NCBI GenBank assembly: GCA_035221665.1
Contig: CM069152.1
Coordinates: forward strand, 14,198,001 to 14,262,000
From: Okamejei kenojei
Lineage: Eukaryota
Direction of reading: 5' to 3'
Length of the DNA: 64,000 nucleotides
The notes under the pieces are model-generated. The model made no database searches, was not told the DNA's origin, and saw only the letters and a program-made list of their open reading frames with translations. Positions 12,336 through 24,706 of the stretch are shown one piece after another. Position 1 is the stretch's first letter; each line of letters opens with the position of its first letter. Both the position numbers and the translations under genes were made by a program.

Positions 12336-12605
12336 CATGCAACAGCAGGGTAACATACAGCACAGTACTACCATGCAGCAAGCATCAAGGCTGGTCCAGG
12401 GCAGGGCAGGGCAAGTGACGGTTAGGGTCACGGATGGGAACTCTACAGAGGCGAGGGCAAACCGGGGAGAACTGAGGGGATCTGTGCTTTTTTCCTCCAA
12501 TGGATTACTCGTGCTCACCGGTACATTTTATTTCAAATTTATCCGAGTCAATCAAATCGTAATCCGTTTCTTCATCGTCGCACTGGATTCAGCATGCAGC
12601 ATGCA
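12336..12605 (-). promoter_or_regulatory. Cluster of four UGCAUG (Rbfox) motifs plus YGCY (MBNL-type) motifs around the cassette exon
   Basis: Plus-strand catgca at 12336-12341, 12372-12377, 12593-12598 and 12600-12605; many agca (UGCU in the transcript) at 12320-12390. Confidence 0.6.
12519..12582 (-). CDS. KCTD5: Candidate alternative acidic cassette exon of KCTD5 (CDDEETDYDLIDSDKFEIKCT + 1 nt)
   Basis: Acceptor gaatccag, donor G|gtgagc, open in phase 0 as required after exon 5, CpG-rich coding-like sequence. Confidence 0.65.
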
Positions 12606-13489
12606 TAAATGTAAACAGTAAGGAAGACATTGTTGTAGGCAATTGTTTCCAAATTCTAGTTAACTACTATGTCAGCAACAGAAAAAGTAAAAATAAAACG
12701 TGCGCAAGTAAAATAGTGGATAAAGATTAGCAAAAGGTTTAGCCCATTTGTTATTTTCACAAATTTGAACATAATCTACAAACGTGTTTGTTATCTCAGT
12801 CTCATTGCATCTGAGATGCCCAGACAGAGCTCCAATATGTTCTTCAATGTTGTACAGAAATAAAAAACCTGTAGTTCACCCAGCAGCAAACATTCTGCCC
12901 TCAGTGTTTACAAATTCACCAGCAGGAACAAGAGCAAAGTCGGATTTTCCAACTCTGTGTTTCAGTAAACAGCTTTGTTGAATGGAACATCAGGTGGCAT
13001 TACTTTATGTAAATCATCTTATTCAAGCATCAATTCAGTCAGGAAGCACAACTGGAGCAGACTTGACTTCCACTTGTATCTTGGAGTCATAACCCAAAAC
13101 TGGAATGATGGCTGATGTGTCTTTTCATTGCTAAGTCATTGACATTTGGCCAGAGATATTACTAAAGTGGAAAAAAACTACCACCTTCAAAACTGCCTAG
13201 CATGAGTTAACATGAAAATACTCCCCTTACGATTCCAAATAAGTGGCATAGCTCCAGTGTAGGATCTAATGAATCTCACGACAGAAAGCAAAGAGCAAAC
13301 GACACTTAGCTGAGCCAGACACCTGGTGTCACATTTATTCCAGAAGCCCCTTTTACCTACATTCTCACCAATCATAACCAGTGTGCAGATAAAGCCAATT
13401 AGTGCGTCTGACCTTGGAGTTGTTATTGATCTCTTGTGGCTGGACCTCCTCGTGAGGTTGCTGGCGAGTTGCCAGCGGTGACAGGCTGT

Positions 13490-13785
13490 ATGCAAAACCA
13501 ACGTGGGCATGAAGGCGCCACACCAGTGTCCCAGGTTCAATCCTGATCTCCAGTGCTATCATTGTGGAGTTTGCATGTTCTGTCTTGACAACATGTTCTG
13601 CCTTGAGCAGTTCCTCTTAATCTTCAGACCTCTCTCACATGCTAAAAATGTATGAGTTGCTGGGTTAAGTGGTCACTGTAAAGTGCCTTAGTGCGCAAGT
13701 GGGTGATGAAATAGGTCAGAGGGCAGATTAGTGAGAGAACATGATTGCTGAGTTGGCCGACTGGCCTCCTTCCATGTTATAATGA
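13490..13785 (+). mobile_element. V-SINE/HE1-like SINE
   Basis: ccaggttcaatcctgatctccagtgctatcattgtggagtttgcatgttc. Confidence 0.75.
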
Positions 13786-15146
13786 AATATGGAAAGGTCA
13801 CACTATGAAAGCGCTTGCTGCTTCTCTGAGCACTCCCCCTTCCTCCATTTCCTGAATAATAAATTTCAAAAGCTGTCCTACTGGGAGACGAAAAAATACC
13901 TCTCAGGACATCAGAGTAATTATACACCACATTAAATATACTTTTCTGAAATGAAGCTGTGTTTATGAAAACAGACAGCCAATCAATATTTTTTTAAAGT
14001 GCAAGGTGATATAACATGTGGATAGTACATGAAGAGGAAAGGTTCAGAGAGATATGGCTAAGCACAGACAAATGGGATTAGTTTAGATAGGTATCTTTGT
14101 TCAGTATGATGAGTAGGGCAGAAGGGCCAGCTTCCGTATTGTATATGTATGAATGTAAAGGTTACTTTAATTATCCATGTTGAGAATAAAATGGAAAAAT
14201 GCCTGGGACAATCATCTAATTCATCAAAATGGAATGAAGCAATGCTAATCAATGTGTTCGGTTGTGCAGAAATAATCAGAAAATAAACAGTGTGAGCTGA
14301 TGAATTAGTCAGTGATTGAATGCCTAAAGTGTTCATATTCAGTGGGTTGTACAGATGGGAATACACTATAAACACTCAGTCATAGGGATGACTGGAGTTA
14401 GGAATACTATCTCTACTATTCCCAATGGGATTTGATCCAGCTGGAGGTTTTTATTTTTTTCAAACCACCAGTTTAAAATGCTCTGTGGTCAGTGCAGACT
14501 TGGTGAGCCAAAGGATCTGTTTCCAAGCTGTATATTACTATGACTATGATTCTAAACCAAACTGGCTTTAAGATGTTATTCAAGCAACAAAGTATCATCA
14601 CCCCCCCCTCATATCCATGCCTGGTTTGATAAAATAATAGCAGGTTTGAAAAGCTCTGGTATACAATTTCTTTTGCACTCATTGCTGAATCCAGCGCTGG
14701 CGAATGTCGGGCTCCCTACAATGTTACTGCATAATAAGTACCAGTAACAATATTAGCAACAATGTAAATATGATTTTTGTTAGCTACGTCTCGTCTGAAT
14801 ACATCAGAAATAGATGCTAATTTATTGGCAAGCATGAAGTGATTAAGACTGTTTTCTGTTCGCGTTGAGAGTTGGAGCACACTCTCCCTGCATTTAATGT
14901 CTCCATGATATGTTCTCAATTGAAGAGTGAGCTGTTCACATGGCGTAACAGTAATCTAATAGTAATTCCCTTTGTGCCCCATGTTTGATCAAGAGTAAAC
15001 TGCACAATGATGGTCATTCTCAGACCATTTGACACTTCTCCAAACTCCTTTCAGTTAAGACTCAAGATCGCAACATGGACTGGGATGAAAACCACAAAAG
15101 CAAGCATTCAGGAGACCGTGTATGATCTCTGTATAATTTCACTCAC

Positions 15147-15272
15147 CTTGGCCTTTTCACTGGGTTCAGAGTCTGTGCCATAAGGAGTATTGTGCAACTC
15201 TCTGGAGACCACACAAAGAAATTCAGCCTGATCTTCATTCCCATAGTTGTAGGAAGAGCCCATACTGACCAG
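15147..15272 (-). CDS. KCTD5: KCTD5 exon 5 (canonical, 126 nt)
   Basis: Acceptor tctcttctcttttcccag, donor gtgagt; [42 protein letters not shown]. Confidence 0.97.
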
Positions 15273-15999
15273 CTGGGAAAAGAGAAGAGAGTGTATTTAA
15301 TACAAAGTTTTAGCATTCAAACATACATTGAGTCATGCAATCAGAGAAATACAGTGACAAACTCAGATGAATACTCCCCGACCTCCCAAATTACAAAGAA
15401 CCACCTTCAGCTTTCATCACTTTAAATGAGATATGTAAAGGTAGGCCGTGCTTATAAGAGGGACAAAGAGCAACATGAAGGCAGAAGGGAGGGACAGATG
15501 TGTTGGTTGATGCTCCCACTTTCCAGGTTATAAGTTGTGAAAGTATCAATAAGCACAAGCATCACCAATTTACTCATGGACAATGAAGAGTAGAAGTGAC
15601 TATAACTTTGACATTTGTTGAAACAAACCAGGGAGGGCACAGTTGGTTTTGCTTTGAGAACCTCAAAGTGCTGGAGCAAAAGAATAATTCATCAACATAC
15701 TTTCATAACGAGTCCACAGACCAACAATAAATACAAGCGGATGCTGAACAAACATTGGTCCTTAGAAAATAGTCCCACCGGCAACTCTAATTTGTTTGTC
15801 TTTCCTTCCTCATTGTTCCCTGTAAACTCTTGCTCCCTATTCAGTCTCCCATTCAGTCTCACTGCAATACCTCTCATGAGGACGTAAATCACAAAGCAAC
15901 AAACCTCAGCGATGTTCATTTAAATTATTGATTGTTGTCGCAGGCCAACAAAGGCAGGTGATCTGGGTGAAATAATTCATGAAACCAGTTCTGACAAGT

Positions 16000-16580
16000 G
16001 TATACATAAACTGCAAATACACTGCAGAAAGCATCCTTTCGGGATATGTCATGACTTGGTATGGCAACTACTCTGCCCGCGACCGCAGGAATTACACAGC
16101 CTAGACCATCGCATAAACTAGTCCAACCCCATCGACTCCACCTGCACCATGCCGTCCAGGGAAAGGAGCCAACATAAGTTAGTTAGGTAGGTTTATGGCC
16201 ATGTGTACCAAGATGCAGTGTAAAGCTTATGAAGCACTTACATACACCTCAGTCATTCGCACTTCTCCTTCCCCCCGTCAGTTAGAAAATACAAAGCTTG
16301 TAAGCATGTACCACTGGAAACAAGAACGTTTATCACTCTTGACCAGACCTCTCATAAACTAAGAATGTATTTCTAATCTGCCAATCAACCTAGTTGCGGT
16401 CCTTGCACTATTTTGTTTTGCACACTAGCTGTGGCACTATATTCTGTACTATTCCTTTCTTATTTTGCACCACCTGTTGTCTAGTGTATGGTTTGATTGT
16501 ACTCTTGTATGATCTGGATTGATTTGCCTGGATAGCACACAGACTTTTTTAAACTGTATGTTGGTACACGTGACAAAAAT
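16000..16580 (+). mobile_element. Rex1/Babar-like LINE 3' fragment, degraded
   Basis: gaaagcatcctttcgggatatgtcatgacttggtatggcaac (ESILSGxxxxWYGN motif) and 3' end ggtacacgtgacaa. Confidence 0.7.
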
Positions 16581-17059
16581 ATACCAAAATACCTATACCA
16601 AAAATGCCATGATATGTCACACCAAAATGTTCTAACTGCGGCAGAGGATAGAACGAACTGAGCCAGAGCCGATGTAACTATCTTTGTGATGAGATCAGAA
16701 CCACAACTTTAGAGATTCTGTAAACATTCTCTGCAGCTGTTTAGACACGGATCCTGGAGCTGAAGGCAGTCGTGACTGAGGTTGATGCAGCTGAATGTAC
16801 TCAGTCAGGAGAGTGATGGCCCCACACTGGACAAACATCCTATTTGGGAACTGCCAATTGCGGTTTAACAAACTGTGGAGTCTAAGAAAATGCTTCCATC
16901 TCAGATCAGACCCATAATTACAGAGTCGCTTGTAGCCTTGCTTCAGAAATTTCTGCCTCTGATCATTTTTCCTTAATTTCATTAGGACCCAGTTCACAAC
17001 GAGTTCATGATTATTTTAATCCAAACTTTCCCCTTAGCAATCCAAAGGTTGAGATAAGA

Positions 17060-18060
17060 TTCCTTAATGATACAAAAGTTTTGCAGAAAGTGAAGATGGT
17101 TGTGAAAGATAGCAGCAGGATCTGGATCGATTGGCCCGGTGGGCAGAGGAATGGTTGATGGAATTTAATACAGAGAAGTGTGAGGTGTTGCATTTTGGGA
17201 CGTCGAACAAGGGCAGGACCTACACAGTAAATGATAGGCCTCTGGGTAGTGTTGTAGAGCAGAGGGATCTAGGAGTACAGGTGCATGGTTCCTTGAAGGT
17301 CGAATCGCAGGTAGATAAGGTGGTCAAAGGCTTTTGGCTTTCATCAGTCAGAGTATTGACTATAAAAGTTGGGAGGACATGTTGCAGGTAGACACAAAAT
17401 GCTGGAGTAACTCAGCGGGTCAGGAAGCATCTCTGGAGAGAAGGAATGGGTGATGTTTCGGGTTGAGACCCTTCTTCAGACGGATGTTGCAGTGTATAAG
17501 ACGTTGGTGAGACCGCATTTAGAATATTGTGTTCTGTTCTGGGCACCATGTTATAGGAAAGACATTGTCAAGCTTGAAAGGGTTCAGATTTACAAGGATC
17601 TTACCAGGACTAGAGGGTATGAGCTATAGGACAAGGTTGAGTAGGCTGGGTCTCTATTCATGGAGCGCAGGAGGATGACGAGGCATCTATAGAGGTGTAC
17701 AAAATCATGAGAGGAATAGATCGGGTAGCTGCACAGAGTCTCTTGCCCATAGTAGAAGAATTGTGAACCAGAAGACACAGGTTCAAGGTGAAGGGGGAAA
17801 GATTTAATAGGAATCCGAGGGGTAACTTTTTCACACAAAGGGTGGTGGGTGTATGGAACAAGCTGCCAGAGGAGGTAGTTGAGGCTGAGACTATTCCATC
17901 ATTTAAGAGACAGTTAGACAAGTACATGGATTGGACAGGTTTGGAAGGATACGGACCAGGTGCAGGCAAGTGGGACGAGTGTAGCTGGGACCTTGTGGGC
18001 CGCTGTGGTCAAGTTGGGCCGAAGGGTCTGTTTCCACTCTGTATCACTCTATGATTCTAA
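17060..18060 (+). mobile_element. CR1-clade LINE 3' ~1 kb, interrupted by a Penelope-type insert
   Basis: ORFs WAEEWLMEFNTEKCEVLHFG...QRDLGV and NFFTQRVVGVWNKLPEEVVEA. Confidence 0.93.
17388..17483 (-). mobile_element. 96-bp Penelope-derived insert with hammerhead-like core and 9-bp TSD
   Basis: TSD atgttgcag at 17379-17387 and 17484-17492; minus-strand core CTGAAGAAGGGTCTCAACCCGAAACATC at 17452-17479. Confidence 0.8.
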
Positions 18061-18869
18061 TTTCAATAGCATGTCCAGCCTAGCACATCTTTACTGCAAA
18101 GAGCAACAAAGACAACAATAAATGCAACTGTGCTGCATTTACCCAACTCCCAGCAGTTAGTCTTGTGATCAGGGTTGGGTGGTCAGGCCCACCTCACCTC
18201 CCACACACAGGGCCATTCCTCCAATCAGGGGTGGCTCATTTGACCTGCCTGACTACCTACACACATAACGGATCTATTAATAGCGGTTGCCCTAACCCAT
18301 CTCTCCCGCTATAGGTGCTGTTCTCTGTTCATAATTGAGAATCCTATGCTGGTTCTCTGCACACGGAACGCAAAATGCTAGAGTAACTCGGCAGGTCAGG
18401 CAGCATATGTGGAGGAACGCCACCTGCCCCATTTCTCCAGAGATGCCGCCTGACCCGCTAAGTTAGTCCAGCATTTTATTTCTATTTTTGGTAGTAACCT
18501 GGCATCTGAGGTTTGTTCCTATACATTTTCTCTACACAAAAATTGGTCTGTGCTCTGACCAAAAGCCTTTCATTCTCAGGAGCGAGCCAGTTAGTGAGGT
18601 GGAATGTGGGCCCTGGCCTGTCAATCCATGCAAGGACAGGTTTGTGAGCAGGTGGACATCCTGCCTATCTTCCTTGAGCAAAAACTGGCCAATGATCTGG
18701 AGCTGGCACTGCGGCCAAACACCAAACACATCCAGGGTCTGTGATGAAGCTGGAGCTTCGTGGGCCACTTCTCATCCTGCAGGAGCAGGTACAAAATCAG
18801 GAGTGTGATTCTCTGAGTTCTTTGAAGCAAGAACTGCAATTATTTATGTAAGGGGCGGTGATCCCCGGT

Positions 18870-19395
18870 AGAAAACATTCTTGCCATAGAGGGAGTACAG
18901 AGAAGGTTCACCAGACTGATTCCTGGGATGGCAGGACTTCCATATGAAGAAAGACTGGATAGACTCGGCTTGTACTCGCTGGAATTTAGAAGATTGAGGG
19001 GGATCTTATAGAGACTTACAAAATTCTTAAGAGGTTGGACAGGCTAGATGCAGGAAGATTGTTCCCAACGTTGGGGAAGTCCAGAACAAGGGGTCACAGT
19101 TTAAGGATAAGGGGAAAGTCTTTTAGGACCGAGATGAGAAAATCATTTTTCACACAGAGAGTGGTGAATTTGTGGAATTCTCTGCCACAGAATGTAGTTG
19201 AGGCCAGTTCATTGGCTATATTTAAGAGGGAGTTAGATGTAGCCCTTGTGGCTAAAGGGATCAGGGGGTATGGAGAGAAGGCAGGTACAGGATACTGAGT
19301 TGGATGATCAGCCATGATCATATTGAATGTCGGTGCAGGCTCGAAGGGCCGAATGGCATACTCCTGCACCTATTTTCTATGTTTCTATGTTTCTA
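18870..19395 (+). mobile_element. Young CR1-clade LINE 3' fragment
   Basis: DRLDAGRLFPTLGKSRTRGHSLRIRG...FFTQRVVNLWNSLP; tail (tttctatg)n. Confidence 0.95.
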
Positions 19396-20161
19396 AAAGG
19401 AACTAACTTTTTCTATTAATCAGGGCCAGAATGATCACCTAGTGAAAAGAAAAAATGCAGGCGTGGAAAATTTGACAGGGTGAGAGGAGAACGTTCCAGA
19501 TTCCAACTCTCTTCTCTCTCGAAACTGAGATTTTTATCAGCTTGTTGCGTCTTCCAGGATCATCCCTGGGCTTGTCTGTAATATGTTATGTAAGGCTTCA
19601 CCACTTTATGGGAAAAACTAGAACAGCTAGTCTATTAATCTCCAATATTTAATATTTTAACACCTATAGGAGCAAAGGGAGGTCTCTGAACCATATCCCT
19701 TTCCATGATATGGTCCATTCCTCACAAAAGACTATACTCTTTGCTTAACCAGGAGTCATTCAATGTAGACTTGGACCTTTAAAAAGTCAACAATTAATTG
19801 AAAGGTTTTTTTTTAATTCAGTGGTTTAATTGGTGTCTCTCTCAGAAAACAAAGAGGACAACTAGGTGCATGGAATGGTTTTGCAACAATGCGCCAAGGG
19901 AAGATACCCCTGGGACCAGGAATAAACAATATTGTAAACAGATTAGCAGGAAAAAAATAACAGCTAGGTCCTGCTTGTTTTTGCACCCACGACATCAACA
20001 GTCAGCTCTGGTTCCACTAGTCAGCATCAGAGCAGGCAGTGGTTCTTTAGTAAGAAAATGCTTGAAGATAATAATCTCAATACAAACAGGCAGATGAAAG
20101 GTAGCTCAGGCTCATCCTGTGGACTGACTAGAGATAGTATCTAAAGCAGTCACTTAATCAA

Positions 20162-20770
20162 TTTGGCTTCTCCAATCTGCAGGAGATCACATCGTGAGCA
20201 CTAAATACAATACATTTAAGTGCAAGTGAATTGCTGCTTCACTTACAAGAGGGAAGGGAAGGTGTGAGGTGTAGGGCAGATGGTGCATCTCCTTTGGTTG
20301 CATGGGAATGTGCTGTGAGATGGAGAGTGGGAGCTGTTGGACATGGAATAGACAGTGAATCAGTGTCACAGCTAGAACAGTCCAGCTGGAATGCTGATGA
20401 GGGAAAGGAGGTAGAGCGCTGTCTGCTCGCGACAGCAAGGCCAGGGCAGCAGATGTCACAAATGACATTGAATGTGCAGGTTGGTGGGGTAAGAGCAGAA
20501 GTAGCAAAGGTTTAGATGAAGTTGAGAGTCCGAAATGGTGGAAGAAAATGTAGACACAAGGAACTGCATATGCTGACTTGCAAAAAAAGAGAAAGGGCTG
20601 GAGTGACTCAGTGAGTCAAGCTGAATCTCTGGAGAACATGGTCAGGTGATGGTTGGGGTCGGGACTCTTTAACCAAATTTAAGAAGAAAGCAAGATCTCA
20701 GTAGCATTGCAGAAGATATCATCATCAGAAAAGACAATGAAACTCGGAGGAAGCTCGCAAGTTTTCACGA
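20162..20770 (-). mobile_element. Decayed Penelope-like element ORF fragment (Cys linker + GIY-YIG endonuclease) with adjacent terminal-repeat copy
   Basis: Minus-strand STFPCNQRRCTICP (~20272-20315) and VKQQFTCT*MYCI*CSRCDLLQIGEAK (~20162-20242), resembling the PLE CxxxRCxxC and YCIxCxxCxxxYIGET motifs; repeat copy at ~20550-20670. Confidence 0.75.
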
Positions 20771-22596
20771 CTATCAGTCTTTACCATCACTACATGTAAC
20801 ACTGTTTGCTCCTGGTCTTCATCTTATCACAAATGTCCCCTTTGTTCTTTTCACTTTCATCCCACCCCTCAGCCTAGCAACAAATGTGACGTCGGCAGGA
20901 CAGCGAGTGTTCAATGAGCAGACTCATTCAGGTTTATGGTCACTCTGGTGGCAAATCTAAGAATCACTACTCCTTACAAATCTGTCAGTGCTGGCTGGCT
21001 ATTTCTTCATGGAGTGCATCACTGGGAAGTCGAAACAGATTGCGCCTAATGTACTGAACTGAAATCAGGTGCGGAATCACTGACTGATTTATCCCTCCTG
21101 AAGAAACTGAGGACAACTGCAGCACCCATCACTACTATTGAGATTAGTCAACAACCAGGTGCCAACTGAATCGAAAGCTCTCTGGATATAGAGTAACACT
21201 GAAAATCTGCTATCGAACAATTCTGAATTTCTTATGGTTCAGCAGCTGGTTACCCAAGTAATATTTACCATGCTCCTTTTCATTGAGGCCTTGTTCCCAT
21301 GTTCCGTTCAACACACCAGGGATGCATTCCCGCATTCCACTGAAGCTATCCAGGGGTTTAGTTACTGTGCTCTCAACACCCCTGGGATCCAGTTCCCACA
21401 CTCCCTTTACACTCAGCCGAACAACAGTTGCCATACTCTTACCTGTGTTACTGCGCAACTCACTATCATATTGCATAATATTCTTTTCAAAATGGACTTG
21501 ACTCGAGGTATTAATAGAAACTGTCTCAAAAAAATCAGCTAACCCTGCACTAAAGTCTTGAGTGTCATATTATTTGACGGTTACTGTACAACCCCCTTTT
21601 TTATTTAAAGGCAGTGAGATAAAAGTCTCCATTATTAGACATGCATTAAGGTTTATTCTGGCCGGTTTGACAGTTCAGGAGACTTGGTAAGATACACATC
21701 TAAAGAAATTCAGTTTTTATTTTCCACCCAGTACATTAGACATGCCTGGTCTACCAGCTGGGTACATCCAGCTGCTGCAACTTCCCACCAAAGGCCAGAA
21801 GCAAGTACTCAAAAACAACACAGCTTCCATCTTATTCAAACAGACCACCCTGATCACACTGTACACAACCAGCACATCGTACCATGTCCCATATCATAGT
21901 GTCAGGAAATATTTGAAATAGCTTCGTTTTAGGTAACCCACTTGCAATCCTATAATTTTTAATCTTAGGTTTCAAGGAAGCATAAAGTTAGATATTTGGT
22001 CACTGGAGAGTTTATAGAAGTGGTTTCTAGCACAATAGGTGGCAATAATATCTCACCTTCTTGACATTTCCCTGCATGATTCAACCAACATGCAACTCAG
22101 TTCTTCCATAATAATTGGGAACAGCTTTACGAAAACAGCAAAACAGTAAATAGCCAGTGGCATGCCAGGTGTACAATGACTAAACAGGCTCTGACATAAC
22201 AGAAAAACGCAGAAGCTATTGTCAAGCTATTTTCCCTCAAGAGACAGATCAAGTGGAGTTCTCAAACCAACGCTTCTATTGAGAACAACATTAACCCCAC
22301 GTCAGCCCTGTATCAGGTTCAAGGATGCTGGTGTGCATTGAAGTGGAAAAAGCAGTTTAACACTAAGAACAGAATCAGCATGGAAGCAGAGGGAACCAGG
22401 GCACAATACGTAGAGATTGAATTTGTCGTGCAGATGTAAACAGCAATCAGGAGTACATCAAGAGGCAGGAAGCCAGGTGTTTTAGTGGAAGGCTGATCTT
22501 ATGAAATCTTTCCACACATGTTAATATTTTCTCTTCATAAGTGGATGGAATAAACTGCCCCGAAGACTAAACATTCTATTTTGCTAATTTAAGCAA

Positions 22597-24706
22597 AAAC
22601 TGCATGGATGAACTACAAAAAATGTTCATCCCAGTTTGGCAAAAGAATAAATCGGGGAAGGTAGTGCATCCTTGGATAACAAGGGAAATCAGGGATAGTA
22701 TCAAAGCAAAGGATGATGCGTACAAAGTAGCCAGAAAAAGCAGCATACCAGAGGACTGGGAGAAATTCAGAGACCAGCAGAGGAGGACAAAGGGCTTAAT
22801 TAGGAAAGGAAAAATAGATTATGAAAGAAAACTGGCAGGGAACATAAAAACTGACTGCAAAAGTTTTTATAGATATGTGAAGAGAAAGAGGTTAGTTAAA
22901 ACAAATGTAGGTCCCTTGCAGTCAGAAACAGGTGAGTTGATCATGGGGAACAAGGATATGGCGGACCAATTGAATAACTACTTTGGTTCCGTCTTCACTA
23001 AGGAAGACATAAATAATCTGCCGGAAATAGCAGGGGACTGTGGGTCAAAGGAGGAATTGAGTGAAATCCAGGTCAGTCGGGAAGTGGTGTTGGGTAAATT
23101 GAATAGATTAAAGGCCGATAAATCCCCAGGGCCAGATAGGCTGCATCCCAGAGTACTTAAGGAAGTAGCTCAGGAAATAGTGGATGCATTAGTGATAATC
23201 TTTCAAAACTCTTTAGATTCTGGAGTAGTTCCTGAGGATTGGCGGTAGCAAATGTAACCCCTCTTTTTAAGAAGGGAGGGAGAGAGAAAACGGGGAATTA
23301 CAGACCAGTTAGTCTAACATCGGTAGTGGGGAAACTGCTAGAGTCAGTTATTAAAGATGGGATAGCAGCACATTTGGAAAGTGGTGAAATCATTGGACAA
23401 AGTCAGCATGGATTTACGAAAGGTAAATCATGTCTGACGAATCTTGTGGAATTTTTCGAGGATGTAACTAGTAGCGTGGATAAGGGAGAACCAGTGGATG
23501 TGGTATATCTGGACTTCCAGAAGGCTTTCGACAAGGTCCCACATAAGAGATTAGTATACAAACTTAAAGCATACGGTATTAGGGGTTCAGTATTGATGTG
23601 GATAGAGAACTGGCTGGCAAACAGGAAGCAAAGAGTAGGAGTAAACGGGTCCTTTTCACAATGGCAGGCAGTGACTAGTGGGGTACCGCAGGGCTCAGTG
23701 CTGGGACCCCAGCTATTTACAATATATATTAATGATCTGGATGAGGGAATTGAAGGCAATATCTCCAAGTTTGCGGATGACACTAAGCTGGGGGGCAGTG
23801 TTAGCTGTGAGGAGGATGCTAGGAGACTGCAAGGTGACTTGGATAGGCTGGGTGAGTGGGCAAATGTTTGGCAGATGCAGTATAATGTGGATAAATGTGA
23901 GGTTATCCACTTTGGTGGCAAAAACAGGAAAGCAGACTATTATTTAAATGGTGGCCGATTAGGAGAAGGGGAGATGCAGCGAGACCTGGGTGTCATGGTA
24001 CACCAGTCATTGAAAGTAGGCATGCAGGTGCAGCAGGCAGTGAAAAAGGCGAATGGTATGTTGGCTTTCATAGCAAAAGGATTTGAGTACAGGAGCAGGG
24101 AGGTTCTACTTCAGTTGTACAGGGTCTTGGTGAGACCACACCTGGAGTATTGCGTGCAGTTTTGGTCTCCAAATCTGAGGAAGGACATTATTGCCATAGA
24201 GGGAGTGCAGAGAAGGTTCACCAGACTGATTCCTGGGATGTTGGGACTGTCTTATGAGGAAAGACTGGATAGACTCGGTTTGTACTCTCTGGAATTTAGG
24301 AGATTGGGAGGGGATCTTATAGAAACTTACAAAATTCTTAAGGGGTTGGACAGGCTAGATGCAGGAAGATTGTTCCCGATGTTGGGGAAGTCCAGGACAA
24401 GGGGTCACAGCTTAAGGATAAGGGGGAAATCCTTTAAGACCGAGATGAGAAAGACTTTTTTCACACAGAGAGTGGTGAGTCTCTGGAACTCTCTGCCACA
24501 GAGGGTAGTTGAGGCCAGTTCATTGGCTATATTTAAGAGTGAGTTGGATGTGGCCCTTGTGGCTAAGGGATCAGAGGGTATGGAGAGAAGGCAGGTACGG
24601 GATACTGAGTTGGATGATCAGCCATGATCATATTGAATGGCGGTGCAGGCTCGAAGGGCTGAATGGCCTATTCCTGCACCTAATTTCTATGTTCTATGTT
24701 TCTATA
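22597..24706 (+). mobile_element. 5'-truncated CR1-clade LINE, ~2.1 kb, near-intact reverse transcriptase
   Basis: ORFs 22604-23248 and 23239-24627 joined by one frameshift near 23243; RT motifs YLDFQKAFDKV, GVPQGSVLGP, KFADDTKL; 3' tail ttctatg repeats. Confidence 0.97.

Noticed and set aside
23403-23947. Antisense and alternate-frame ORFs inside CR1
   Set aside because: Typical shadow ORFs of the RT coding sequence.
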